64,000 nucleotides of DNA from contig OZ234493.1 in assembly GCA_965153455.1 (NCBI GenBank), positions 12,514,213 through 12,578,212 of the forward strand, in the 5' to 3' direction. Position 1 is the first letter of the stretch. Each line of letters starts with the position of its first letter. Under the pieces are notes generated by a model, which saw only the letters and a program-made list of their open reading frames with translations, did no database searches and had not been told where the DNA came from. Made by a program: the position numbers and the translations under genes. Origin of the DNA: Sphagnum compactum (lineage: Eukaryota). Of this stretch, positions 1-12,104 are shown in pieces.

Positions 1-126
1 TCTCAAGATGCGGTGGAGAAGAAAGTCACTTTGTGTATATGCAGATCGCGAAAAGGATCCCGACCGACAGACAGACGCACAGAAGAAAGACGCCTAATCT
101 CGTTTGCTGATGTTGTTTTACCGTAA

Positions 127-2610
127 GATGTCGCAATGCAAGTGGTTGCTGAGGGCCTGAAACCTGAAGAGACAGACCTATCGAAGGTGATGACAAGAAA
201 CCCTGCTTTAGTGGCCGGTGACACGCTAGCTATGGAAGCTCTGGCCAAGATGGTGGAAGCTCTGGCATTTTCTTTTGCCCACATGACTTCAGCAGTGTTG
301 TTACTTGAGTGCTGGTTTGTCTTGGGGTCTTTTGAAGAAGGTGGCAGCTAGGTGAGGATAGGAAGGTTGATGGGGCAGGCAAATTCAGGCACTTGCCAGT
401 GGTGCGGAATGGGGAGGTGGTGCCATTGTTAGACATTACAAAGTGTCTGTATGATGCCATTGCACGCATGGAGTGTGCAGCCAACAAGGGCAGTGCTATT
501 GCTGCTTGCTGCTGTTGTCCAGGGTGTTGAGCAGTCAGTTCAGAATGATGTGGGTAAGTGTAGACTCTACAGTAGATATGGGCCTTCTTCTTCCCATCTT
601 CTTCTTCAGCTTCTGAGGTTTCTTTATGCAACTGATCTTTCGTCACTTTCAGATTCGGGTTTTCTCTCCCAGGCTGAAGCCATTTGTGTTTGGTTGCATT
701 TGTTATAGAGAAATCCAACTGTATTGATACCTATTGGGAGCAAATGTTTAGACCAACTTTAGGGTCTTTAATAACAGAGGCCACAGGGTGAGTTCCTGCA
801 TCTGGTCTTTTCTCTTCTTGAGTGACTGTCTACTGATCATAGACCCAGCTGGCACAGGTGATCAGTGCTTGATTTTCTTCTGTTAACAAAGCCAAAAATC
901 TTTATAGAAGGTGGAGTAGTGGAGAATTGCATTGAGAGAGTGATAGTTGTGGTGGTGATGATGCAGAGCTGCAACAGTTGCACTGTCTGATACTGTCCTG
1001 ACTGCCACAAATAAGTTGAAGGAACAACGAATGAAGGGTTGGACATCACACTGTTTGATGCATTGCACACCATGTACAATGGCAAATTCCTTCGTCTTCC
1101 TATTGTGGATCAAGGTAACACAATAGATCTTCACTTTGTTACCTGTGATTGTATAATAGCGTGTGGTCTCTGACTGCCATGTTATTTGCATTGACATGTT
1201 ACAGCTCATGCATTGGGCAGTTTCAACAGTGAGTGCATTTCTGTTTGTTTAAGCTCTTTTTGCACTTGAATAGGGCATGATGATTAATGTGTGTGTACTT
1301 GAAAAAACTCAGACACATTGGGTGTGATACTGATGTTCTTCTACAGCAGCACAAAAATTTTGCCATGAGTATCTTGCAACCAGATTTCTGTGGAAAGAGT
1401 ATGAATAGAGTCTGACTGGTGGTGTTGCACTTGAAAGGTTGGATCTAGTGAAAGTGGGGAAATGGCAGGCGTTATGTTTCAGAAGTTTTGGGATTCAGCT
1501 TTGGCTTTGGAAGCACCTGAAACTGACGATGATTCTCACTGGTTGCTATATCTTCTGTCTGATGCTACCTTCTGGCATTCCTAGTGGGATATGATTGCAT
1601 TCAATTTACATTGCAGTTGTGTCAGATGCAGCTCCGTGGCTGTTGGTTATATCCTTCACTGTGTGGTGAAAGGGATATTGTTCCCTAGAAATGAGCCTGC
1701 ACCCCATAGGTTAGGTTCTTACATGGTAGTTCTCAATACAGAGTCCTACTTGAGAGGATTGCATATTTGAGTGCAGTGACATATCATTATCACATGTATC
1801 TGAGATAGGAGGGCAGCAGCATCATTCTTCAGGACAGGCTAACACTCATCTCTTCAAGCTGAAGCTGAAGAGTCATGTACCATCATGACTATACATATCC
1901 TTGTGTTCTCTGTAGTGGGTAGTGGTTTTGGTAAAGCCATGTTTGGATAGTTGATAAGGACAGGTGCAATATGAAACTGTGCAGGCACATGGAGCATGAA
2001 GGAGCTTATGTCTGCAATAATACAGTGTGTTGGTGATGATATTGAGTCTTCGAAACCTCTGCATATTCTGGTCTGTTCCTGGCATGACCCTCTTGCTTAA
2101 TCCACCATTGCCTGCACTTGTCAGATCCTAGGTTGTCAGGTTCTGGATGGATGTGTTATGAGATGCCACATCTAAGGCTTAAGTGGTGACTGACACAAGT
2201 GGTATGATGGCTTCATAGTATGTTGATGATAAAGGGGATCGAGTGCTCCTCGCCACGGACAATGATCTAATGGCTACTGTCAACTTTGCTCTCATGTGTG
2301 GCACAAAGGTTAGTCTGCATATCGATTCATGTGCTCAGTCAGGAGTTTTAAGATGTATTCTGAACACAACAAAGCTGTGTGTTCTTGTTACTGAGCTAGA
2401 CAGTTTTGGTGGGATCCAGCCATTTACATTGCATATAGAAGAATCAACTGGGACACAACAAGAAACAAGCATAAATCTCCTCCACCTACAAATTCTCAGG
2501 CAGCAACTTATCTGGATGGATGTGCACTCAGGCATTCACTTCTGGTGGTTGGTGGAGTCACTGCCATCACAATTGGTGTGGTCATGGTACTCCACCATAC
2601 TAAGGCTTAA
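127..2610 (+). pseudogene. CBS-CBS-PB1 domain protein (plant CBSCBSPB family) with C-terminal TM helix, probably pseudogenised
   Basis: Exon fragments translate to DVAMQVVAEGLKPEETDLSKVMTRNP, GKFRHLPVV..LLDITKCLYDAIARME, DALHTMYNGKFLRLPIVD, FQKFWDSALALE, PB1-like YVDDKGDRVLLATDNDL and a hydrophobic tail LLVVGGVTAITIGVVMV ending at TAA 2608-2610. Lesions: +1 frameshift near 507, no GT donor after KMVE (~260), apparent internal deletion in the second CBS pair (~1035), frame break in the last exon. Confidence 0.8.
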
Positions 2611-5606
2611 AATCCAGAATCTCTTTTTTGTCAGTGTCCTAGTTGGAGCATTGGAGCATTGTTGGAACCTTGTGCAAGTTTCCAATCATGTATATCAACA
2701 GTGTCTACAGTATGCTTGTCAATATTAGGCTGGAGGTAACTTACCTCGGTTTGTAACATTTCTGAAACATAAGTCAGGTTTTGTATAGTCACATACCTCT
2801 GACAGTTGAATCTATAATTCACATAATATGTTGGCCACAGTTTAACCTGCAAAGAAAATGGGTGGGATTCACTTACTGCTTTGTGATGAGTGAATAAATT
2901 AAGATTTTTTTCTTTCTCTGTCTTTTTCTGCTTGTTTTAACCTACTCTGCATTCTAGATATCTTGATTGTTCAGCTCTATTGCCTGCTATCTATGACCAC
3001 ATGTACACGCTAATCTGAACTTGCAGATGAGAGCTCTGGAAGTTTCCACATGTCCATCCTCGAAATGGAAAGCACTAGTTGGTGAATTGGTGATCTCAGG
3101 TATTGCACTCTGGGCTTATTTCCCTTCCAATGGTCTTCTTACCTGTTAAGCTGTCTTTAACCTCTATGAACACATGATGTTATCAAACTTCTGCATTGAA
3201 CTTTATTCTTGAGGGGATGTAGTCCGAGTCCATTTCTGTAAATTCTGCATAGTCTACCAGCTCACGACTGAACCTGTAATCATAATGAGAACACATGGTT
3301 TGAGTTTGACATGTAATGTGTATTGATCAGTGAGGTGACCTTACACTGACTATATGAGTGTCGGTGCATTCACTGTTTGCCTAATTTGCCATCATGATCT
3401 TTCATACATTTGGGTTGGTAGAGAGATAATATATGAAACTGTATCAGTCTGCATTGTAAGGTAGTATTTTGTGCCATTATCTTCAGGGTTGTGAAGGAAT
3501 AACCAAGGCCACTGACATTGTCCTATGTTGTCATCTTGGTGTATGTTGTGTAAACAGGGGTTCCAGGATCAAGAAGTGTGATTAAACCAGATGACAATGG
3601 ATGAGAATTATAGTGGAAAACCCTAAGTCCTCAGGTTTGTTAACTAGCCCAGAGTAGGATTTTGTGGGTTCTGGCAAAGATAAATACAGAATAATGAAAA
3701 CCCCGTCCCTTTCTAAATGGGCCTTTTCTCATTTGCATCAATTCTTGAGAAGATTTGACTGCAAGTTGTGTTCTCAACTCTCTCAGATATGTATGGAGAC
3801 CAAGATCAATCAAGTTGGTTCGAATCTGGAAAAAATTGCCATGTGGTGTTTTGGTTTTAGTGTTGTCAAGATGGAGTTGTTTAAGTGGAGCAAAACTTTT
3901 TGATTGTGATGAAGTTTAGTTTTTTTGGGGTTATGAACTTTTGCTCAATGGGAACAATACTTTTGAAGTAGAAGTGAAAGAGAGTTTGGTGATTATGCAT
4001 GAAGTAATCAAGTGACAATGAATTTATGATCTTTTTGTTTTTCGTTAGTTATGAAACCACATGAAGGAATCAAGTGACAATGATTTGAACATCAACATCT
4101 TTTGATGAACATGGACTCTGCACTTGTCACCAAGTAGTCAAAAGGTCAGGAATGCTCATGAGAAACTTAAAAACATCTTCATCTTCAATGTTTATCTTAA
4201 TGAAGCAATTATGGATCTGCAAGCTAGGCCTTCATTACGTTGATATGCATAAACATGTTAACCTGTCCTTGTATCTCGATGGTGAAAAACCTTTATTGAA
4301 AGAACATTTTTATTTTTACTGATCTTTTCTTTGTGCACATTGCAGAATGCTTCCCAAACATTTTTTCACATTTGTCACAAGAGTGGATGTTTGCAAGTTG
4401 CACATTCATGAATTCTTCACAAACAAAATGCAAATGCTTTCATTGCTTTTTCAGTTTGGATATGGCACAACTCACATTGAATACCAAATTCTAAAGTCCA
4501 GCAATTAAAAAATAAATATGAAAGGTCTCCCATATGTTTTAACTATATTGTACTAACCCAATGGAGAGGACTATTCCATGTACTTCAAAGGTGCAAGGTT
4601 AAATTTCTGAAAAAATCAAAAGGGGGTCAAAATTTAAAATTTTCCCAACTTAGTTCCTTTAGAATTATTTAACAGCAAACATTAATTGTAGGTTATGAGG
4701 TAAAAATATATTACGTTCATTAACATTTTAAAATCATTTTTTAATCATATATATAGATACATTTCATGTTTTAGAATGACTCATGAAGACCCAGTTGATG
4801 TTAGCTAGCATTCAAGACAGCACCGCATCTGGCCTCAGATAAATTTAGCTTGACCCAATAGAAAGACATCTATGCCAACTGTGCTTTGGAAATGAACCTT
4901 ATACTAGAACCATCACCACCGTCTACATCACACATGTTTTAGTTCATGGTGTACCATACCAGGAAGTAGGAAGTGTATGGAGGATTCTGAAGGCAATAGG
5001 TATGTTCCAAAGATGATAAACTTAGCAAGTACCTCAGGGACCTTCATGCAAGAACATCCATAGTACTAGTTACTATTGTCTATGACTACTTCTGCTATTG
5101 AATACTCCACGAGGAGTAAAGCTGACAGACAAAAGACGAACTGCAACTGACCGTATTTATTTCTATTACCCACAATGACATTGGATTCACAGCAGTTTGA
5201 ATAATCTGTTCCTCTACAGCTGGCCTCTGAATCATCACTACACTTTCTGAATGTCTGCAAAGGCAACAGATTGCAGGGTAAACAAACACCCCTGACTCTT
5301 GCATTCTGAGAAAATGCAACTGACTGGCTTCTGGACTTCCCTACATTCCTGCATGTCCAAATTTTGACACATCTTGACTACCTTGATCAAGTTCCTGAAC
5401 TTTTTTGTGATCTCATTTGCACTCTCTTACCTGGGTCATATGGCCTCTTCTATATCAGGTACCCTTGATCTACCCTCTTGGTTACCTACAAAAAAAGTTT
5501 CAATCCTGTCTCTATACAGTTTATTCCTAAGCTGAAGGGGAGAAATCCCCTGAACAATCTGCTCTGCTCATGACTCAAAGACCAGTTCAAGCAGAAAGAT
5601 TGAACT

Positions 5607-7811
5607 CTATCGTGCCTTGACTACTCCAACCTCAGCAGGCCGAATTACTCGATCATGAAGCTTGTAGCCCACCTGGAACCCATCATCATAGCAGCAGATT
5701 TTAAATATAGCAAACCCCATCAGGATAACGCACAGAAAAAAAATAATCCATCTGATTTTGACCCACTTGAACCTAAACAAGAGCTGAACCTTACAGCTTT
5801 TGGAGTTACAATGGGCCTCTTGTTGCATGTCTACCGATTGGGCCATTATTGTTTGAACAGTGGAAACAGCTAAGCTGGACAGGTAGAAAAGCCAACCTTC
5901 AAAACAACAGCAACAGTGCCTGGTGGTTTTGATGGATCTTCCACTTCAAATACGGCAGAATGCAGGTTTGGGTCAAATGCCTCCCCAAGAGATTCAAATC
6001 TTTCTAACCCATTCGCTTTGAATACCTGTGGGTTCAACCCTTGTCAGCAAAACTATTCTCACAGCCAATCAATAACCATGACACAAGATGCCCATGCTTC
6101 CTTATGAAGTAAAACATCCAGCATGATGTTCAGCAACCAATGCACTATGCCAAATTGCCCTAAAAGGTGCCTATGTATTATAATCATTCATCCTGCACAA
6201 AGTTTCCAAATAAACCACAGGACATAGATACATCACCTAGCTATGAGAAGAATTATAAGGGTGGCCTCTGACTATGTCCCTCACCTTGACTTGCAGAGCA
6301 TTCCTTCACACAACTATCCCTGGCTCTTCCTCAAATGTTGAGGAGAATCCTGGATAGATGTGCAAAGGACTTCAGATGTATTACTGTATACTGCAGTGAC
6401 AGACAGCCTAGTCTACAAATCAGAAGGGTTGATTCTGTACAAAAAATAGGATTTCATGATTATACCAGGCTGAAAGTTTGAGGGAAAAAAAATTCTCTAT
6501 GTGGTGAAGGGTTGTAAAGCATAGACCTGGATGAGTTGCTTTTCTGTCATTTCCACCCCCAGAAGCAATGAGATGAGAATCTTTGCAGCACCAGAGGGCT
6601 CTTCTCCTGAACCATCTGACTTGCGGAACTCTTCAGGCACCGCTGCTGCTGCTCGACCCAAATTATCAGCAACATCAAGCAACCCTTTTGCAAAATTCTG
6701 CACCAAGCAAACAGCTCATCTTGATTAGCCTCAATCAAGCACTCAATCCTGGTGGTATATATCTGCCTTACTGAAGGATCTTGGAACCTGCTGTTCTTGA
6801 CATGAAGATGGTCCTGATTTACAGATCATAGATTGTTTGCAAACAAGCTCTAGTCACTTTATAGGAACAGAGAAGAAAGAGCCTGGTAACATAGCCATAA
6901 AAACAAGCCAGTTTGGAGTCTGTATAAGCAGATAGAAAGAAAGATGAAAAGTAAACTACCTGGACAGCATACTTGCGGGAATTTTCAGCTTCACGCCGTC
7001 CTCTGTCTAGTATGTTCTGGACCTCTGCATAACTCCTCATTACTTTGTCCTTCAGATCTTCAATTGTCTTCTCTTTTTCTTCCAAGAGAGCCTCCCTCTC
7101 TCCCAGCAGTGCTAAGAGCTCTGCTTCACTCTCCTCAAGAGATTTTCCTCCAACCTCAATCTCTGGATTAACAGATTTGCCTCCTGCTGGAGAACTCTTG
7201 TCCTTGTCCTTCACACTAAATAGATCCTCCTCTCCTTTTTTCTCCTCATCACTGGCTGTCTCAACAGCTCCTTTGACAGGGTCCGATTTCTCTTCTGTTG
7301 TTGTCTCCTGACCTTGCTCTGATGCAGCAGCTGCCACTCCTGGGCTACCTGACTTGCTCGAAAGATTTGGAGATGCAGCTGAAGAGAGGAAACTATGTGT
7401 GACAAATCCTGCCCATGATGACACCTGCGGCAACCCATGCCGAAGATTGGAGGAACCTGCTGCCACCCATCTCTGCAAAACACTGAAGTTAGAATTTTCC
7501 CAATGTTTTCAGAATCCATTTTCATTGCAGCTTCTTCTTCACCAGATAAAACTGTGGAAGCAGCATGACGTCAACACATAAAGTTACAGGGCAGCCTTTG
7601 AGTTTCCAACTCCCCAAACTTCTTAAGGTACCTTGAGAAGAGGGGACAAGAAATTTGAATCACTTGGCTGCTTCTTCTTCCACAGATGTGATGTCGATGT
7701 GTGACTTTGAACAGACATTAATGGTGGAGCTTGATAATATTGTATTGGTGAAGAAGAAGGCCTTCGGAATGCTTGAAGCAGTGATCGTGCATGCTTCACG
7801 TTGTTGCTCAT
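5607..7811 (-). CDS. GrpE: GrpE nucleotide exchange factor, mitochondrial type (5 coding exons)
   Basis: Exons 7811-7632, 7472-6960, 6697-6527, 6025-5897, 5672-5607, all GT-AG and phase 0. Motifs RSYAEVQNILDRGRREAENSRKYAVQNFAKGLLDVADNL, FDPNLHSAVF, GYKLHDRVIRPAEVGV. Ser/Arg-rich N-terminus suggests a transit peptide. Confidence 0.95.
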
Positions 7812-8792
7812 AGCTTCTGAAAACCAAAAGACTTCTGTTCCCCCAGAAACACAAAAAAAGAAGAGGTAAGAAAACGTAAACCCTAATTATTATGTTCTGG
7901 ATCCATCACCATCAAACTTAGAAATTTTTGATATCTACTTGTTATGATTTGCGTGATGATTTTAAAGGGGGGTCCAGAGGAAAAAGGAAGACAAGACATG
8001 ATCAAATCATGCAAAGAAGAAGAAACCTTAATTTCTTCCTAAATGAATCACAACCTTTCTAAGAAAGCTACTAATGGTTTTTTTTTTGTTTTTATTCCCC
8101 CCCTCCTCTGGTGCTCCAGGTGCTGCTCAGCGATGATTGCAAAATAGAATACAAAAAAGAAGAAATCCCCATTGATTTCCTTCCCGATCAGCCCCACTGA
8201 TTTCTTTTCCCATGTGTCACCACAAAATCAGACCCAACTGCTATAAAACCCTAAATCAAAAGCTCCAACTGAAATGAACCCCCCTTTCTCTCATCGTTGC
8301 AAAACCTTTTCACTTGAATGAGGAGGGGGGGGGATATGAGAAAAGAAACAAAACCTGTTGATGAAAGACAGAAGCTCAACTTTGTGTTGTGAGATCGGAA
8401 AATTAACTCCGCAGCAAAAATAAATAAATGCAGTGAATAATCGCCTCAATACTCCTCCAAACCACAGACAAGCGATTTTCTCCACTAAATGAAGAAGAAG
8501 AAACTTGTCGACCAACTTCCCTTGTAACCTTCTCCACTCAGAAAAAAGTTAAGGCACTAAAACTGTATTAGGCTGGTAGTTGGGTGCAATGCAGAAGAGA
8601 GACGAATAGGACCGAAAGAAGAAGGAAATTCTTTTACGTGTCAGTCAAACAACGAATCTCTCTGGAAGCAACAGAAAGTGCCGGGGGTGGGCGAGGGGGT
8701 ACTGGGCGATGGAGAAAAGAAGCTCAACGTGCGCGCGGACACAGACACACAAATGCTATGCGGCGGAGTAAGCGGAAATCTCCAGTCCCCTA

Positions 8793-8808
8793 AAACCCTA
8801 AACCCTAA
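8793..8808. promoter_or_regulatory. Tandem telo-box (AAACCCTA) upstream of GrpE
   Basis: AAAACCCTAAACCCTAAT at the GC-to-AT transition 5' of the GrpE leader; telo-boxes are known plant promoter elements. Function here is inferred. Confidence 0.4.
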
Positions 8809-9009
8809 TCCTCTGCCTTTCTTTGTGAAAATAAATAAATAAAGGAAAAATAAAGAAGAGTTGTTCCCTTCAGTAGTCAATTATAAGTTATGCCTAAATT
8901 CGAGTTTTTTTGAAAATTTCAAATTCAAAACAAAAATCAAATATTTGAAAAAGAACTGATTTTGTAAAAAGGCGGCATTTTTTTTAAAAATAAATAAATA
9001 AAGGGTAAA

Positions 9010-9145
9010 GATTGCCAGATTCACGTATTTTAGTTTTCATTGTGATGTCACCAGACATATAAAAAGATTTGCATGTTATTTCTGATTTAATAGCCAGATT
9101 TGGCTAAATCTTCCTAGGGATTGATCACCAATTTGGCTACAAACA
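9010..9145 (+). repeat. Dispersed repeat family A (MITE-like), copy 1
   Basis: TAGCCAGATTTGGCTAAATCTTCC...GATCACCAATTTGGCTAC core also seen at ~11455-11570(-), ~33090-33370, ~53620-53875, ~56735-56810(-), ~57440-57780. Confidence 0.7.
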
Positions 9146-10046
9146 AACAAGAATTTGTACAAGCCTTAACCACTGTTATCAGTTATTGGTCATTTATGTT
9201 CATTCAGAAAAAAACCTACATCCATTCAATAATTAATTAAATTTAATCAATTAATTCAAAAACCATTAGTAACTGAAAACTAAATGAAAAAATGAAAAAA
9301 TTGAACTTAAAATATTTAGAAATAAATAAGAGGAGACAAAATTGATTTTTTATGCTTCCTACATTCCACACAGATCATTACTAATTAATTTCCAAAAATC
9401 TCTTACCTAGTTTATTTCCTTGTTCAATCTTTTGCTTTAGTTCCAATAATGTGGTTTTGTCAAGTAATATAAAAATTGTTCCCCATATTAAGAATGATGT
9501 AATCTTTTGGTGTAATTGTAATCTAAAATTAAATAAATAATAAAAACAATGTAAATATATTATAGTACTTTTACTATAATACTATAACCCTAAACCCTAA
9601 ACCCTTCAATGTATTTTATACCTCTATTAGTTCTACATATCATTTTTCAAGTACCCAATCTATGCATCATTCAGTCTTTTAAATCAAGGTTGGAAATTTT
9701 TGATTGGTTTTTTACATGGTTGTTACAAGTTGCGTTTCCGAATGTGGCAAGAGTGAGAGAGAGAGCCAACAGCCATCAGCAGCACACCATCGATCAGAAG
9801 CCTCTCATCATTCGGTTGGGGTTTGTTGATGAACCCGCAATTGAGTTCAAATCAGGTTACATAAGGAACTGGTTCTCAATGGGAAAAGTGTTTCCTGTGT
9901 CCACCCACCCAGCAATGCAACATAAACCCTCACACCAAGAACAGATTAAACACATCCAATTCATTCTGCCAAATTTTCATGGAACTGTTTCCACAGACAG
10001 AGGAAGACAGAAAAGTGGCAGAGGGTTTTAAAAATTACATACACAC

Positions 10047-10434
10047 CAGCCAAATGCACAACACACGCAGTCTGGTGGGCTGGCGTGTGGCGAGGACTGA
10101 GCATCCGCACCCGGGCGGTGTGGCTCTCACAAGGCAAAACTTCCCGAAGCATTGCATCACAGGGGGTGAGGAATGTGCCCTCTCGGAGACAGGCATTTCT
10201 GGACTCCCACAAAGTCTTCCAAGCTGGTCGGATGCTGGGAGGGGGCCAATGCTGGGAGGAGACCTGGACCAGACCCTGTGAGATGTTCTGCCGGATTAGC
10301 TGCTCCAGCAGCTCCAACTGAGGCCCCCCCCACCCCTTAGAGAAGAAGGGTGGTGCCAGTCTCAACCGGTGCATGAGAGCACCATACACGTGGTCTAGCC
10401 AGTAATGTGCAAAACCTAGATTGACCGTCACCAT
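10047..10434 (-). pseudogene. ABHD18: Orphan first coding exon of an ABHD18 / DUF2048-like alpha/beta hydrolase
   Basis: MVTVNLGFAHYWLDHVYGALMHRLRLAPPFFSKGWGG...CVVHLAG matches the N-terminus of plant ABHD18 homologues as I recall it. A GT donor follows at 10046, but no downstream exon (expected TGDH..., GxSMGG) is visible before GrpE. Confidence 0.75.
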
Positions 10435-10871
10435 CTGTGGAGATGGGTACCTCCAAAATGATGAAATCTCAACTACCACGCTTTTCCTAAACCTTCAACA
10501 CCAAATGTAAAGCCTTGTAATCCACTGTCAACCTTAACAACATCTTTGAAAGATGGCTTCTCCAAATAAGAAAAATCTCAAAAACTACTCCCTTTGCAAA
10601 ACCTTCTTAACACAAAAACACCAAACCTCAAAGCTTCTATTGCATTACTTGCTGTTAAGGCATTATCCCAAGGAATGTCAATCTTGAAAGCTCTCGCTCT
10701 TGATAACCCCGGTTGAAACATCGACCTTGCAGCAGCGGCAGCAGCTCCATTTGCGTGACACTCTATTCTCTCTTACACCGTTCTTGAATCGTGCGCCATA
10801 GATTACGTCTCCGCGGACATCCTGAAAAAAAATCCGACCCTGCAAAGAAACCGCATAGCTATCTATGGCAC

Positions 10872-11024
10872 TTTCAATCACCCAAATGTAGAGAAATCCC
10901 CAAAGACACAGACATGGGTCAACACCAAAAATGGTGCAAAACTGTGTTTCAATCCCCGAAATGGAGAGAAATCCCTAAAGACACAGAGAGATGGGTCAAA
11001 ACCAAAAAATGGTGCACAACTGTG
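10872..11024. repeat. Tandem duplication of ~76 bp upstream of the ABHD18 exon
   Basis: TTTCAATC.CC.AAATG.AGAGAAATCCC.AAAGACACAGA...TGGGTCAA.ACCAAAAA(A)TGGTGCA.AACTGTG occurs twice head-to-tail. Confidence 0.8.
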
Positions 11025-12104
11025 AACAAGAAGACGAAGAAAAATATATCCACTTAGGCCACAAACGGATGTGCATTGATCTTAACAAGAAGTACCCACA
11101 CAAGGGAAGAGTGGGATATAAGCTGATCATCATCAGATGAACAAACACGTTTGTCTTCTATCAATCTTCACCTAACCTAGTCATGGCAGTGGATGAGAAT
11201 GATGAACAATCAATCACTGCTCCTTGCTGCTTTCGTCACTTCAGCGCTGCCTAGTCATCAGCTGGATTGACTGCAGGGCCAGAGTGAATCAGCACCCAAC
11301 CAGCATAGCATTAAGGATGAATGATTAATGGTCAGGAAAACAGTTTTCTGTTGGGCCGCAGTTCACTAGCTAACCATGGTAGTTAGCTCAGTTGCTTTTT
11401 TCTTTTTCTTTTTACTACCTACCAGTAGGGATTTTTCTTTAAATTTCTTGTTTTCATTTGTGATGTCGCCATACTTGGTATTATCCACCAGAGGAATTAG
11501 CCAAATTTGGCTATAGGTCATAAATCAAAGTAGAAAACTTTGAAAATCCTGCTATATTTTGGCAACCTGATGGAAGAACCTATTGTCTAAATATGACAAT
11601 AGCTATTTAGAATAGAGATCCACCTCCTCACAAAATTTCACCAAAAAAAAAAGGGTGCTACCTACCTACTAATAATCACCCTACATACTAACAACATGGA
11701 GGTTGTTAGTAGGTAGGTAGTAAGGTAGGTTGTATGGGCTGGAGTGAACCAGCAGCCACCAATGCACCAGTTGAGGATGAGCCCGTTGGAGCCATTTTGG
11801 GGATGAACCAAAAACCCATCCTCCCTGCTCGTATGTATTGTTTTTTCCCGCCTCTCATCTGCCCCAGAATTTTCCCCTCCTACCTACCTCCCCCCTCCTA
11901 CCTCCCACCTCCTACCTCTCACTCCATCGCCAGAGCTCGGGAGTCGTCGATCGAGAGCGCGAGGGGAGGCTGGAGAGCGAGAGCATGAGGGGAGGCTGGA
12001 GAGCAGGAGGGGAGGCTGGAGTTGGAACTCGGAGCACCTGAAGTGGGACCCAGAGCTGGAAAGGTAAGCTCCCTTTTTTTTTCCTTTTTTTTTGTTCCAG
12101 CGTA

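Noticed and set aside
9586-9604. Telomere or chromosome end
   Set aside because: Fewer than three AAACCCT units; such short interstitial motifs recur throughout the window.
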